The notes beneath the pieces are model-generated. The model was given only the letters and a program-made list of their open reading frames with translations, searched no databases and was not told where the DNA came from. From Camelus dromedarius (Eukaryota): a stretch of DNA of 64,000 nt. Within the stretch, counting starts at the first letter, position 1; every line of letters begins with the position of its first letter. Where the stretch lies: positions 39,496,001 through 39,560,000 of the forward strand of contig NC_087436.1 in the NCBI RefSeq assembly GCF_036321535.1, read 5' to 3'. Shown here piece after piece: positions 13,340-24,989 of the stretch. The translations under genes were made by a program, and so were the position numbers.

Positions 13340-15166
13340 TAGAGGTAGAGGTAGTTGGTGAATCACCATTTAAAGGCCTTCTCCCTCATTTTTCACATTT
13401 TTCTTAGTGTTAATGTAATACAGACTTTGGAATACAATATCTCACTGGCAATTTGAGGTGGAAACTTGGATAAAATTTTTTTTTTGTAGTTGCTCTGTAA
13501 ATCTTGCACAATATAAATTGCTCACTTTGGCTATTTTCTACTCTAAATCATGACTACAAGTACCATAAAATGACCCTCTCTCTATGGTGGTAGGGCAATA
13601 TAATTCACAGAAAAATTCCTGAATGTTAAACTAATTTCTTTTAATTGCTTATTCTAATAACAAACACCATTTTGGAGGGCATAATGTACCTGAAACAAGG
13701 ACTCTTTTATTTCTGTAATTCTTCTGCAAATTTGGTCAAGAATATAGTTTTACCTAATTTTATCTTTTTGACTTTTAGCCTAGAAACACCAGAGCAGCTG
13801 GAAATTGTCAGAGACTGTTCCTCTTAAAATTGGAAATATCTAGATTATTAGACATTATAATTAGAAGGATGAGCCACAGAGGTAATGGGACTTACTTTTT
13901 AAGAACAAAATGTGCCAGGTAATCTACATATGTTGCACCATGACCTGGTAGATGGTAGAGTTCTTCGGAACATGGTCTTCGGTGATTTATGCATCATGAC
14001 ACCACTCATGCTAAAATCATTTCCCGAACACACACTACATATATATAATGTACAGTGCAAGGTTCTGCAGAGGTCACTGCTCCCTAAGCAACTGGAACCA
14101 CTTACACAAGCAATTTCAGTCAACTGCTTTTTGAGTTTCATCCAGGCAACAGAGAAAAACAGATTCTAGTTGTAGCAGATGTGCACTGGCTGATGTAAAA
14201 TACTGTCTTTTTGTAGAGATGAATCTATGTAGAGAAATCATATAGAGATAATGACCCTGCACCTGAATTAACTCTTCTATTTTTAATTCTAGAAATGTTT
14301 TGTTGTTGTTTATTTTAACTCTAAACTCTCAGAGAAGTTAGGATAGTGGATTTTACTAACTGATGTGTCTCAAATCCTCCTTGCTCAACCTTGTCTGGGA
14401 ATTTCATCCAATTTTTATCTGAGGGGGAGTTGAAGGCATTTCAGCAAAGCAAACAACTGAATGGTATGTCAGCCAGAACCTGAAATGTTTGTTTTAGAAG
14501 AATTTTTGAATATAATAAAGGCTATCAAAACAACACAAGCTCAACTAGAAAGACCCTAAAATACATTGAAAAAGAGGATTCCTTGATATGTTTTCCTGAG
14601 AACCCTAGAACCTTAGTAAGTGCTTTCAAGTCCACAGCCATACGGGGAACCTCACCCAAAGTCTTATCCTTGAAGTGAATAATCACACCCACTAGGAGAG
14701 GTGACACTAGAAGACAAATACTTGGTTAGCAAACTCATCCTGTCTTGCTCTTCAAATTCCAAGCGTAAATCTAGTCTGAGAACAACTGGAGTGAAAGGAT
14801 TGTGGGAATCACTGCTTAGGTTTAGCTGGTCCATTTCCTTAACTCCGGACAACTTTAAAAGTCTAGATACTAATAAGGAAGTTCATTTGACAAGAATGGT
14901 GCATTTTTCTTTCTTGTCAGGCAAATATTTTACTTTTATTCTCAGTTTAATATCAACTTCTGATTGGTGGGCATATTAATATGGGGGTATACTAAAAAAA
15001 TAACTGCTGAAATCTGCTTGATCTGAGAATGCAGTATATGTATGGAATGTGTATGGTGTTTGCATTTTTACAATCTATTTGTAGTCTCTCAGGATGCTCA
15101 CTTCACCCTGTGAAATTCCAGGCATGACGGGGCAGGAGTTATGCCCGTGCCTTTGAGTCTTTGGTT

Positions 15167-15320
15167 CAGTGGTTCTCAAGCTTGACTGTGAATTTGAATC
15201 ACCTATGGCCCTACGTCAGCCCTATTAATTTAATACTCTCAGAGTTTGTGTGGCTTGGACATTTGTACCCTTAAAAGTAGTACAGGTGATTCTGATGAAC
15301 AGCCAGCATTGTTGAGAACG
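15167..15320. mobile_element. MER5A-like hAT MITE
   Basis: cagtggttctcaagcttgactg…gaatcacc…caggtgattctgatgaacagccag…ttgagaac. Confidence 0.7.
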
Positions 15321-16373
15321 TTAGATCTCTATGGGGACTTTTTTTTTTTTTTTAAATACAAACTTTTGTGATGGTGTTGTTATAACTTGGTGAGGAAGTG
15401 TCTTTTAGTTAAGTTAGGGATGAGAGTGTATGTATGTGGACATACATGTCTTCCAAAAGAAGTCATCTAATATACATTCCTTAGGAGCTTTCTCTGTGCC
15501 AAGCAGTTTGCTTGGTGCTGAGGATACAAAAGTGAGGACAACACAGTCCTTACACTGGAGGAGCATTTAAGTGGGGAGACCTGACATCTTAACAAGTCCT
15601 AGAAACTTTTATAAATGCTATGACGGTGCTACTGGGAGTGTCCAAAAGAAGGACTGGCCAGTGTTCAGGCACGGCAGGAAGAGCCTCCCAGGAGATCAAA
15701 GAGACTTAAAAAATAAAATCAGTTTTTGCCAGATTAGGAAGGGGGTGGTAATACTGCCAATAGTTTGAATAAGGACAGGTTTGTGAGACACTTCTTCAAG
15801 CCACTAAAATGACATAAAATGACAGGAGCACAGAGACCAGGGTGGTATCAGAGAGGTGGACAAGGGCCATTCTTCGATGGATTTGTATATCATTTAAGGA
15901 GTTCAAACTTTAAGGATGGCTTGAAAAAGTTAAACCTTGAAGAAGCAAGGCCATTGAGCAGACTGTTACAGTAATCCAAGCATGAAGTGACATATTAAGG
16001 CAAGATTGTCCAAGACTTTAAAACTGGCATATTTAAGAAAATAAATTTCATTGCTGTGGTAACGTCCTATTTCTTTGTTCACTGGCTAAAGACCCAATAT
16101 TTAGATAATGTAGGAAATATTTATACAGCCAGTTTAGATGCAAGGATTATTTTAGCTAAATGTCACAGCTTTTTCAAAGAATGGAAAATATTTTTGCAAT
16201 AAACCTTTTTTTTTTTAGCTAAACAGTAATGTAATATCTCCAAGGATATAAAAAGTTAACATATAAAGGGAACGTCTCATAACTCAAGCTTAGTTATAAG
16301 CAATCTAAGAGTCTGCATTAAAGAAACATAATAAAATAGGATGCCCAGCTAATGCCAAACTATTTCTCTAGGC

Positions 16374-16700
16374 CAGTGCTGTCTAGTAGAAATATGATGT
16401 GAGCCACAAATACAAATCATGTATGTTAACTGTAAATTTTCTAGTAGCTACCTTAAAAGATAAAAAAAACTAAATGGATGAAATTAATTTTAATGATATA
16501 TTTAACTCAGTATATCCAAAATATTATCATTGCAAAATATAATATAGAAATTGAGGTATTTGATATTCTTATCTGTTTAGTTATCTATAAAATATATTTT
16601 ATATTCTTTTTTCATACTGAGTATTCAAAACTGTGTGTAGTTAAGAAAATCACTTTTTATGTTGCAGTGTTGCCAGAGCCCCACATAGGGCTGTTAGAAC
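16374..16700. mobile_element. MER33/MER3-like hAT element
   Basis: cagtgctgtctagtagaaatatgatgtgagccaca…aattttctagtagc…tatatccaaaatattatcatt. Confidence 0.65.
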
Positions 16701-17388
16701 TTACAACTTCCAGTAATATTATAGGAGTAAATGAAAGGTTTTATTTAGACTAGGCAGTCACTAGAAAATTTCAGCTTTTGAATACCACTTCTCTAAATTC
16801 ACATTCAAGTACAGGCCTTATATCCAGTAGAAGACACTGAAGTTTTGATTAAAAAAAAATTAAGATGAGAGCTGTTACATGTATGTTTGTCCCTTTCAAC
16901 AGTCGGATGCTAGCAGAAAGTAGGTGGTGAGTTGATGAAAACAGAGTCGGAGTTTTGGCAGATAAAAGGAAGGACTAAGTGTTTGCAAAACAGTGATTGT
17001 GGACTCCAAGCCTGGTAAGAAGGGTGTGAGAGTGAGATTGAAATGGAACAACTGGTGGGGTGGAAAGACTGAAGTCCAATGAGGCTGAAGAACCGTAGAG
17101 TTGAAAACTGTAAAGATAAGAGGTAGTCAGTCAAGTTTGAGATGCTTGAAATTGAGACTTTATAGATTTGTAGTATTTGCTGAATATTAGCTCTAGGTGG
17201 GGGGCTGAATGAATACACTCCCTGTAGCTCAGGAAGTTAGGGAGCTGAAAGGGAGAAGTGTTGGGAATTAAGTCATTGAGAATGTTTTAAGTAGTGGTAG
17301 AATGGGCTTGCTCCCTTAGCAAGGGGCTGTACTCTTCAGGGAGAAAGAGGAAGTGATCAGGAGGTGGGCTGCATTATGCATTCTAGGT

Positions 17389-17609
17389 TGGTGGTTCTCA
17401 GCTGGGGACAATTTGCATCCTACGGGACATCTGTCAATGTCTGGAGACATGTTTGGGGTGTGTGTGTGTATATGCGAGTGTGCACGCTACTGGCATCTAG
17501 TGGATAGAGGCCAGGGATGCTTCTAAACATCCTGCAGTGCACCAGACAGTCCCCTACCACCAAGAGTAATCTGGTTTCTGATGTCAGTAGTACTGAGGTT
17601 GAGAAACTG
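17389..17609. mobile_element. MER20 hAT MITE, full length
   Basis: gtggttctca…ggacatctgtcaatgtctggagacat…tactggcatctagtggatagaggccagggatgc…gaggttgagaaactg. 8-bp TSD-like flanks ttctaggt and ctctaggc. Confidence 0.85.
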
Positions 17610-18564
17610 CTCTAGGCAGATGTATCAGAATCAAGGTATATTGGTTGAAAAACTGGCTGAGAACTCTCAGTTAAGTAAATATTGTGTTGCTATTTTAATT
17701 GAATAGTTCCCATGGAGAAAAGACACATACATTAAAAATATACATTCATCCATTCATTCATTCACTAAATCAACAAATGTGTGCTGCATTCCTGCGTAAC
17801 TGGCATCACCATTCTAGGTATTTAAGAACAAGAAATACAATAAATAGTAAGTTAGGTAGTTTGTTAGAAAGTAGTGTTTTAAAAAAAAGTTAAAGTAGAT
17901 CAGATTAAGGATATTGGGAATACTGGGGAATGGTAGGATAAACAAGGGTGGGTCGCAATTTCAAATGAGTGTCAAAGTAGGGCTCGTGGAGGTGATGTCC
18001 CAACGAAGATTTAAGGGATGAAAACACATTGGGAATATATGTTTCCCTGAAGATAGAGTTTTGGTTTGCATTCAGTTCACAGGAAAGGGGAGTCAGGTGG
18101 ATTGTGCTAAGTGCTTTGTGGGGGATACAGTTAGATCAGACGTGGTTTCTGCCCTCATGGAACTTCATGATGAACTAACAACCTTGGAAATGACAGAAAA
18201 ATGACGACAGCAAATACAGGGTAATTTTGCCCTGTATTTGTTCCTGTTTTGATCCTTTTTCATGGTGGGGAAATGACAGGTTAATGATTACCCTTTACTT
18301 TTCATTCATTTTCCACATTTGCTGCTTCTCAGAAAAGAATTAGACAGTAGGTAACCTGGATTAGTGAAATGAAGGAAAAAAAGATGACAGTGGGTTTAGA
18401 GGATGAGGCCGAGAGCAGAGAAATGGAAAGAAAGGTTAAACTTATAAAAGGGGTTAATGATTTGGAAGAGAGCCTTCCAAGTATCTCTGTTAACCTTCCT
18501 GGCTGACAGTGACCGATTTTCAGCCTCTGAAACAAGCCTCCCGTTTGCTCTCTCTGCCCCTCAG

Positions 18565-18845
18565 GTACGGCAACAGCACTAGGAACTATGCTGTCCGGGT
18601 TGGGGATTATCATACTCTGGTGCCAGAGGAGTTTGAAGAAGAGATCGGAGTTCAGCAGATTGTGATTCACCGGGCGTATCGACCGGACAGCAGTGACTAC
18701 GACATCGCCCTGGTTAGATTGCAAGGACCAGAAGAGCAGTGTGCCAGGTTCAGCAGCCACGTTTTGCCGGCCTGTTTGCCACTCTGGAGAGAGAGGCCAC
18801 AGAAAACAGCCTCCAATTGTTACATAACAGGATGGGGAGACACAG
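18565..18845 (+). CDS. PRSS12: Neurotrypsin protease-domain exon with catalytic Asp (YGNSTRNY...DYDIALVRL...CYITGWGDT)
   Basis: Acceptor ctctgcccctcag| and donor acag|gtaaca. DIAL motif (Asp codon 18701-18703) and GWG motif, in frame. Confidence 0.97.
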
Positions 18846-19351
18846 GTAACATAAATAACACAAAGGAACAAAGATCTGGGCACCTTTCAGTGTCCTGGGT
18901 TATCCACATATTTGGGTGTCCAATGGATAGCAAAATCTTAAAGGGATTTAGGCTTAGTTTGGAAATTCTGCCTAGTGAGATGCATACATGGAATTTGGAT
19001 TTGTATCCTGAGGGTACTGTGGTTCCCATTAGAACTCAGGCCCTACCCCTACCAGCAGCCTGGCTGTCACATTTTAAAAAGGTTTCCCAGATGACTTTGA
19101 TGTAGCTATCCCAACAAAGGAGCTTTGGGTTTTTTGGTAATGGAGCTCTTTATCGAACTAAATCTTATGGAGAATTCCTAAATAATGAATAGACAAAAGC
19201 AGAGCTGCTGAGGTTTAAGTGGAGGAATCCAACCCACTTGGGTTTTCTCCTTCACAACCCCCCACCATCCCTGAGCAGGAGTATAGTGTTCAGCTCATGT
19301 GTGTCAGGCAACTTCAGCTGGAATCTGATTCACTTTATTGTGTCTGTATAG

Positions 19352-19659
19352 GACGAGCCTACTCAAGAACTCTACAACAAGCAGCCATCCCCTTACTTCC
19401 GAAGAGGTTTTGCGCACACCGTTATAAGGGCCGGTTCACAGGAAGGATGCTCTGTGCTGGAAACCTCCATGAACACAAACGCGTGGACAGCTGCCAGGGA
19501 GACAGCGGAGGACCACTCATGTGTGAACGTTCAGGAGAGAGCTGGGTTGTGTATGGGGTGACCTCCTGGGGGTATGGCTGTGGAGTCAAGGACTCCCCTG
19601 GTGTTTACACAAAAGTGTCAGCCTTTGTACCTTGGATAAAAAGTGTCACCAAACTGTAA
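19352..19659 (+). CDS. PRSS12: Neurotrypsin final coding exon with catalytic Ser and stop (…DSCQGDSGGPL…WIKSVTKL*)
   Basis: Acceptor tgtctgtatag|. GDSGGP motif (Ser 19504-19506), S1-pocket Asp at 19486-19488, TAA at 19657-19659. Confidence 0.98.
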
Positions 19660-21685
19660 ATCCTTCAAGGAAACCTCAGTAATATTTGAAGAGTCTGTTG
19701 GAGAGTTTTCAACATTAGCAGTCAGAGATACCAACTAATGGGAACTGAGCTCCATGTCTGTGTTGTGATAAGTTATGTACCCTTTGCTGCTTTTGAGAAT
19801 TTGTGAACATTTTGGTTACAGATACCTCAGTGTAGTACCAATTACCCTGAAAGTAGCATTGTTGCCTACACAAATTAGTTTCAAAGGAGACTAAACCCAT
19901 TATTCTCATTTGAGTCTTGTCTCTGTCTCTTTCTCAGCATCTCCCACACATTATTGTATACTGATTGTACAGTAAGGCTGTTTTTACATCTGTGAATTGA
20001 GAACTCCTTCATAATGGAATCGATATATATTCATATTAAGAGCTCACATTTGATTAAAAAAATACTCTTACTACACTCAAAATAAGAGGGACTGTTTTCC
20101 TGTTTAATTTTTGAGCTCAGTTTTTTTTTTAAGAGGCTGACAAGAAATCTACACACTGGGTTTCTCTAGCCTTTGTGAAGTGAGGAAATCAAGGGCCAAA
20201 AAGGTAAAGGAATTCCATTATAAACCTAGACTAGAACAGGATCAGTGTCACAAAACATTCCTGAATGAAACCCTTGTACCAAGCACTATAGCAAACAGAA
20301 CATTCTAGCCACCTTCTATGTTGCTGGTAAAATTTAGAAAAATTCTGGTAACAAGATAAAAGAATAATGCCTTCAAGTTGTTAAATACACAGCCTAACTT
20401 ACCCACCTTATTTGCCAGCATCATTTGCTGATTACTTTTAATCACTTCAAATTTTATAGCTTCGTAAAGCAAGTATTTCCTTAGCAGCTGCCATTTTCCA
20501 GACTATGATATAAGAGTGCCATCTATTGCAACTTTCGGGTAACTGACTTCAACCTGCAGATTTCCCAAGACTATTCTGGTACAGTCCCATCTAATAAAAA
20601 TACACCTTTAAAAATGTTTTACCTGCCTGGATAGTGGGGAAAGCTCTAAAATAACTTAATTCATATAATGCGCTAGGCAATGCATTGGGTGGCTATGTAC
20701 CTCATTGACAATTTGCCAAGATTTTATACTACCCCTGGTTTGCAAAAGCTTAAGAGGTCAAGGTGAGGCAGCTGATGGAAGGCTTTGAATCCAAACTCCG
20801 GAACAGGAAGGAGCCCCAATGCCGACAGCGGTGTTCCCCCAACTCCCTCACAACAGTTCTGTCCTAAGGGAAATTGTGCACCTCTACAGGGCCATTCTTG
20901 GTAGCAGTGCAGTCTGCCCAAATATAGAAGATAAGCCCCTTGGGATACTTGAGTAATCCTCCTCAGAGGTGAGAATGATTGCTAGTATCTTATGTCCGTC
21001 CCAAAATCCCAGATAATTTCAAACAATTTTTGTATATCCAAATTATAGATGCGTAAAAATAGGTGAAGAGGTGAGTGCAAACTAACATTAAGACGGGTTA
21101 CACAATCCTCTTAAATGGCTAATCCACCATGGAGGAACTTCACCTCTTTCCTTTCTGCAAATTGTGTCCTTTTTGTAAATTTATAGCTTTATAAAAAACT
21201 GGTGCTAACCTAAAAGTGCTTTATAGGTTACCTGTTACAGAACTGCAATACTATGCCAGGTAAAATAGCATGAAAATGTTTGTAAAAGCTCATGAATCTG
21301 ATTAAGGATAAACTTTAAGAATTTGCATCTAGACTTATTGAGGGGTGCACACTTGCACAAGAGCTTGGGAAAAACGTGCAATACAAGTGAGAAAATTTAT
21401 TTTATTGAGTCTTTCTCATGGGCCACCCTTCTAATTAAATTACAGTGCTGGTATAGGCAATGTTCATACTGAAATGTTAACTAGACCCAAGATTGGCAAA
21501 CTTAAAGGACAGGTAATTAACAGGCAGCCTGCAGTTTGCTCAACCTTAAAGTAGAATACTGGTCCGTAAAATATGCCTTCATTATAGCCAATTTTTTCTT
21601 GTGAAATATTTAAGTGTGACTTTTAAAGATACTAGTGTTCAGTGAACATTTGTGTAAATAAAATGCATAGCTTTTCACCTTGCAT
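19660..21685 (+). other. PRSS12: PRSS12 3'UTR (approximate end)
   Basis: Follows the stop codon. AATAAA at 20593-20598 and 21657-21662; the distal signal is followed by T/GT-rich sequence. The 3' end is inferred. Confidence 0.6.
21657..21662 (+). terminator. Distal polyadenylation signal of PRSS12
   Basis: AATAAA with upstream TGTA and downstream T/GT-rich tract (ttgtctgtgtgg). Confidence 0.6.
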
Positions 21686-21914
21686 AGTTCCCTTAATTGT
21701 CTGTGTGGTATAAAATCACTGTGCTCTCTCCCTTAGGGGTAAGGTTTTTATGTGTAAGTGTTTTCCCCTAATGCTGAAATACCTTACAATATTCATGCTA
21801 CTTCCAGAGTAGAACAGAAGGTAGTCTGTCCACTATTTCTAACTATCTTTGCACTTATTAATCATTCAGTCAGGGAATACTGATTATCTGTACAAATCAA
21901 GCATTTTTTTATTT

Positions 21915-23010
21915 AGTTATGACAAGGAAGCACTCATTTATTCTACACTTTAAATACCATATTACTTACAAATAATATTCAGGACTATACTGAAAATAGT
22001 TTCCAGAACATTACTCGCCACACTTGATCCCCAAGCTGCTGAGATTTAAAATCGTTTGGCAGTGCACCGCAGGATGCTAAATAAGACTTCACCCATGCTG
22101 TTTTGGATTTCTTGATACCTGCAAAAGAAAAACCAGCTTTGTAAAACTGTTTTGTGTACTTAACTCACGGTGCTGAGATCTTAGCAGCTATTTCAGTTAC
22201 CTTCTATTTAGTTGGACATTTACTCTTTCAAATTACAAAATGGGCCAATTTTGGCCTTTCAAATCCTTAGCACTACGGGTTTCAGGTTAGCTAAGAAATA
22301 TGAACAGAAAAAAATAAAAAGGGAACGTACCTTGTTATGTCTTCCATCTCTCACAGGAACAATTAGTTCAGGTTCCTAGAAACATGTGAACAAGTTAGAT
22401 GTATGCCCAATAATCCAGCAACCTCCAGGTTTTAGAAGTGAAGAATGTTACTTGTGCAAGTCAGAATCTGATACCAATTAAATGGTGACAGCTTTGCCAA
22501 TAAACAAGAATATGCTCTTCCATGGCTAGGAAGGGAGACTGCCACAGCTGACAGGTCCCAAAGACACATGGAGATCCATAATCCCAGGAACTATCAGCAA
22601 GCACAAATGCAGATACTACTCACCACCTGGATCAAACTGGCGGGTCATCAGGGCACGGTGTTACTATTAAATAGTGGCGGAGGAGATTCAAGATGGTCAC
22701 ATGACACCGACAGCAGAGCTAACGACTTCTACACCAGAGGCATCAGCTGCATTTAACCCTTGCCCGAGGGCCCACGGCCCACGCGCGCTAGGCTTCCGAC
22801 TCAGCTCCCCGGGCTGCACGTGGCTGCCGAGCGAACTAAGGGACGTCTCAGTCTACTCAGGCTTTCCAAAACTGACCTCGACCTACCACTACAAGATTGC
22901 TGAATCTCCTGCATCTTAAACTAAGACAAAAAGTTCCGTCCCAAGTATTTTAGCGCACAAAACAAGAACGCGTACCTTAACCTAAACTAGACGCTCTCCG
23001 GATGTAAAAG
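21915..23010 (-). ncRNA. SNHG8: snoRNA host lncRNA; predicted exons 23010-22976, ~22728-22624, 22375-22331, 22118-~21915
   Basis: TCT/5'TOP start CTTTT at 23010. Donors aag|gtacgc (22976), gtg|gtgagt (22624), aag|gtacgt (22331). Acceptors tttctag| (22375) and ttcttttgcag| (22118). AATAAA at 21942-21937 and 21913-21908. SNORA24 lies in the middle intron. Position between PRSS12 and NDST3 matches known synteny. The exon 2 acceptor is uncertain. Confidence 0.85.
22443..22573 (-). ncRNA. SNORA24: H/ACA box snoRNA SNORA24 (ACA24)
   Basis: 131 nt on the minus strand: CTCCATGTGTCTTTGGGACCTGTC…CCATGGA-AGAGCA (H box, 22518-22513)…CACAAGTA-ACA-TTC (ACA box 3 nt from end). Two-hairpin layout, about 67 nt upstream of an acceptor. 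Near-identical to SNORA24 as I recall it. Confidence 0.96.
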
Positions 23011-23890
23011 ACCGAGCCCTTCTGCACACGCTCTCTTATAGAGCTGATGACGCTATTCCGGGGAAGCGCCGCGAGGAGCGCGGCCAACGCGCTTTCTCTC
23101 TCCGCCCCGCCTCCCCAACCCCAAGCCCGCCGCGTCCCACCCACATCTGTGGGCCACTGCCTTCCTGGTGGCCCCGCCCCTTCCTCCGCCTCTTCACCTC
23201 CCCCGCCTATCCTCTTGATCTGTGCTGCTCACCTGGCCTCCGATTCCGACGCATGCGCACACAGAGCCGCCAGAAAGTTCTCGCGAGACCAGGAAATCCT
23301 CACGAGGGCGGGCGCCCGCTGACTGAAGAAAGTGGAACGGGTGTGCTGTTTCCTGTTTACTTCGGGGTAGTTACCTTAGAGGTCACCATTGTTACCGAAA
23401 CACCAGGTTCGATAGTTCTCTGCTTCTTACCCTTTTGGTAGGTTAATTTATATGGAACTAGCTGTTTTTTGGTTTTTTTTTTTTTGCCTCTCTGCTAAAA
23501 AACTCCGTATCCTTCGTCTTCCCTTGAAATTGCTGTTCTGAAGCGCAGGTGTCCAATGGTCTGCAGTCAGTTTTTGTTTTATTTTATTTTTTTTGTTTAT
23601 TTTTGGTTTGGGGGAGTCTAGTCTCTTAGGGAAAGCCTCGCCGACTTTTGTAAACACAAGAATAGGAAAAGGAAAAAGGATGTTAGACCCGACGAGTGTG
23701 TGGGAGACCCATTTCCGTGCGTCTGTACGCTTTTCCGTGTTGCCCTGTGATCCCAGTTTGTGGTCGGCGGGTAGCCGCTCCTGAGCTTCCGTCGGCTCTT
23801 GAAAGCCAGCGCCTGCCTGCTCTTACCTCCCCTGCCGTGCGTTTCTCAGAGTGCAGTTAAAGAAATGGTAGCGCTGCCGCTTGTGAAGGG
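22750..23890. promoter_or_regulatory. CpG island / SNHG8 promoter
   Basis: Dense CpG and high GC in an AT-rich window. GC boxes (ccgccc), NRF1-like GCATGCGC (~23251-23258), TCTCGCGAGA (23279-23288), CRE half-site TGACG (~23048), TATA-like TATAAG on the minus strand (23040-23035). Confidence 0.88.
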
Positions 23891-24425
23891 GAATTACAGA
23901 TGTGTAGGAACATTTTTAGCCTTAGGCATGTGCTCATTAAATGCCACTTCTTTTATTTTTTACTTTACCATTTTATTTTCCTCCGGTGTGAAAACAAAAA
24001 AAGAGGATGTGGGTAACACTTTTATTTAGTGGACCATTTGGGGCACTACGTTGCAGCAGTTGTAAGGGGTAATGTTTTCAAGAGGTCTGGTGAATAAAGT
24101 GCTACAGTAGAGATCCACGAAGCTTCATAGAATCACTACATACTTTTCTGGTGGAAAGAATTTAATTAGTAAGGGCAAAAGTTGCTGTTATGGTTAGGGT
24201 TGGAATGGACAAGTTTGTGGGACAAATTTTAATTTGATAGCATTAAAGCTTTTTCTAAGGCTGACCTTATCTTACCATATCTTACTTTTTCTTACTTCAC
24301 CTTACTTCACTGTCTTCATCTAACTAGTGAATGGAAAGGACTATTCAGTAACAAGGCTTAAATACCAAATCACTGTGAGAAGTTTTGCCAAATTAGATTT
24401 TATTTAGAATCTCTAACTGACCATC

Positions 24426-24794
24426 TGTGTTATTTTGCTGAGGCTGGTATACAAAATACCACAGAGTGACTGGCTTAGACAACAAATTTATTTTCTCACT
24501 GTTCTGAAGATTAGAAGTCTAAGATCAAGCTGCCTATAGTTTTGTTTCTTTAGAGAACTCTCCTTGGCCTGTGGATGACCCTGTTTCTTCACATCCTCTT
24601 CCCTCCGTGTCTTTCTTTATCTTAATACCTTCTAATAAGGACACCAGTCATATTAGTTTAGAGCCTGTCCTAATGACCTCATTTAACCTTAATTATCTTT
24701 TTAAAGACCTTGTCTCCAAATATAGTCATATTGTCAGTACTGGGGTTTAGGACTTCATAATAAATTTTGGGGGACTCAATTGCAGCTCATACCA
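24426..24794 (-). mobile_element. MaLR solo LTR (MLT1A/B-like)
   Basis: acaaaataccacaga…atttattttctcactgttctgaag…taaggacaccagtcatatt…atgacctcatttaaccttaattat. Confidence 0.8.
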
Positions 24795-24989
24795 GCCACT
24801 TATCCCAAGCTGTTAAGATTTACTGAAGATTTAAAATCAATGTTTCCATTGGATTAAAGTGCTAAAACACTGCATGAAAGAGAGGGAGCGAGCGAGAACC
24901 CTCATATTTTTGTTTATGCCCTTTTCTCCATCTTGAATGTCTTCCCACATATTTCCCATCTATTTTTTCCAATCCCATTTTTCTTCCTA

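Noticed and set aside
18329..18883. 184-aa minus-strand ORF
   Set aside because: Antisense shadow of the PRSS12 exon at 18565-18845; no recognisable domain.
18846..19105. Extension of the 198-aa ORF beyond the PRSS12 exon
   Set aside because: Open frame running past a valid splice donor into the intron; protease homology resumes only at 19352.
22801..22914. 37-codon ATG ORF on the SNHG8 strand (MQEIQQSCSG…) as a micropeptide
   Set aside because: Lies in the predicted first intron, and using the nearby acceptor would need an implausibly short (~55 nt) intron. No homology recognised.
22568..23441. Several plus-strand ORFs across the CpG island
   Set aside because: Stop-codon depletion expected in GC-rich DNA; no coding signature.
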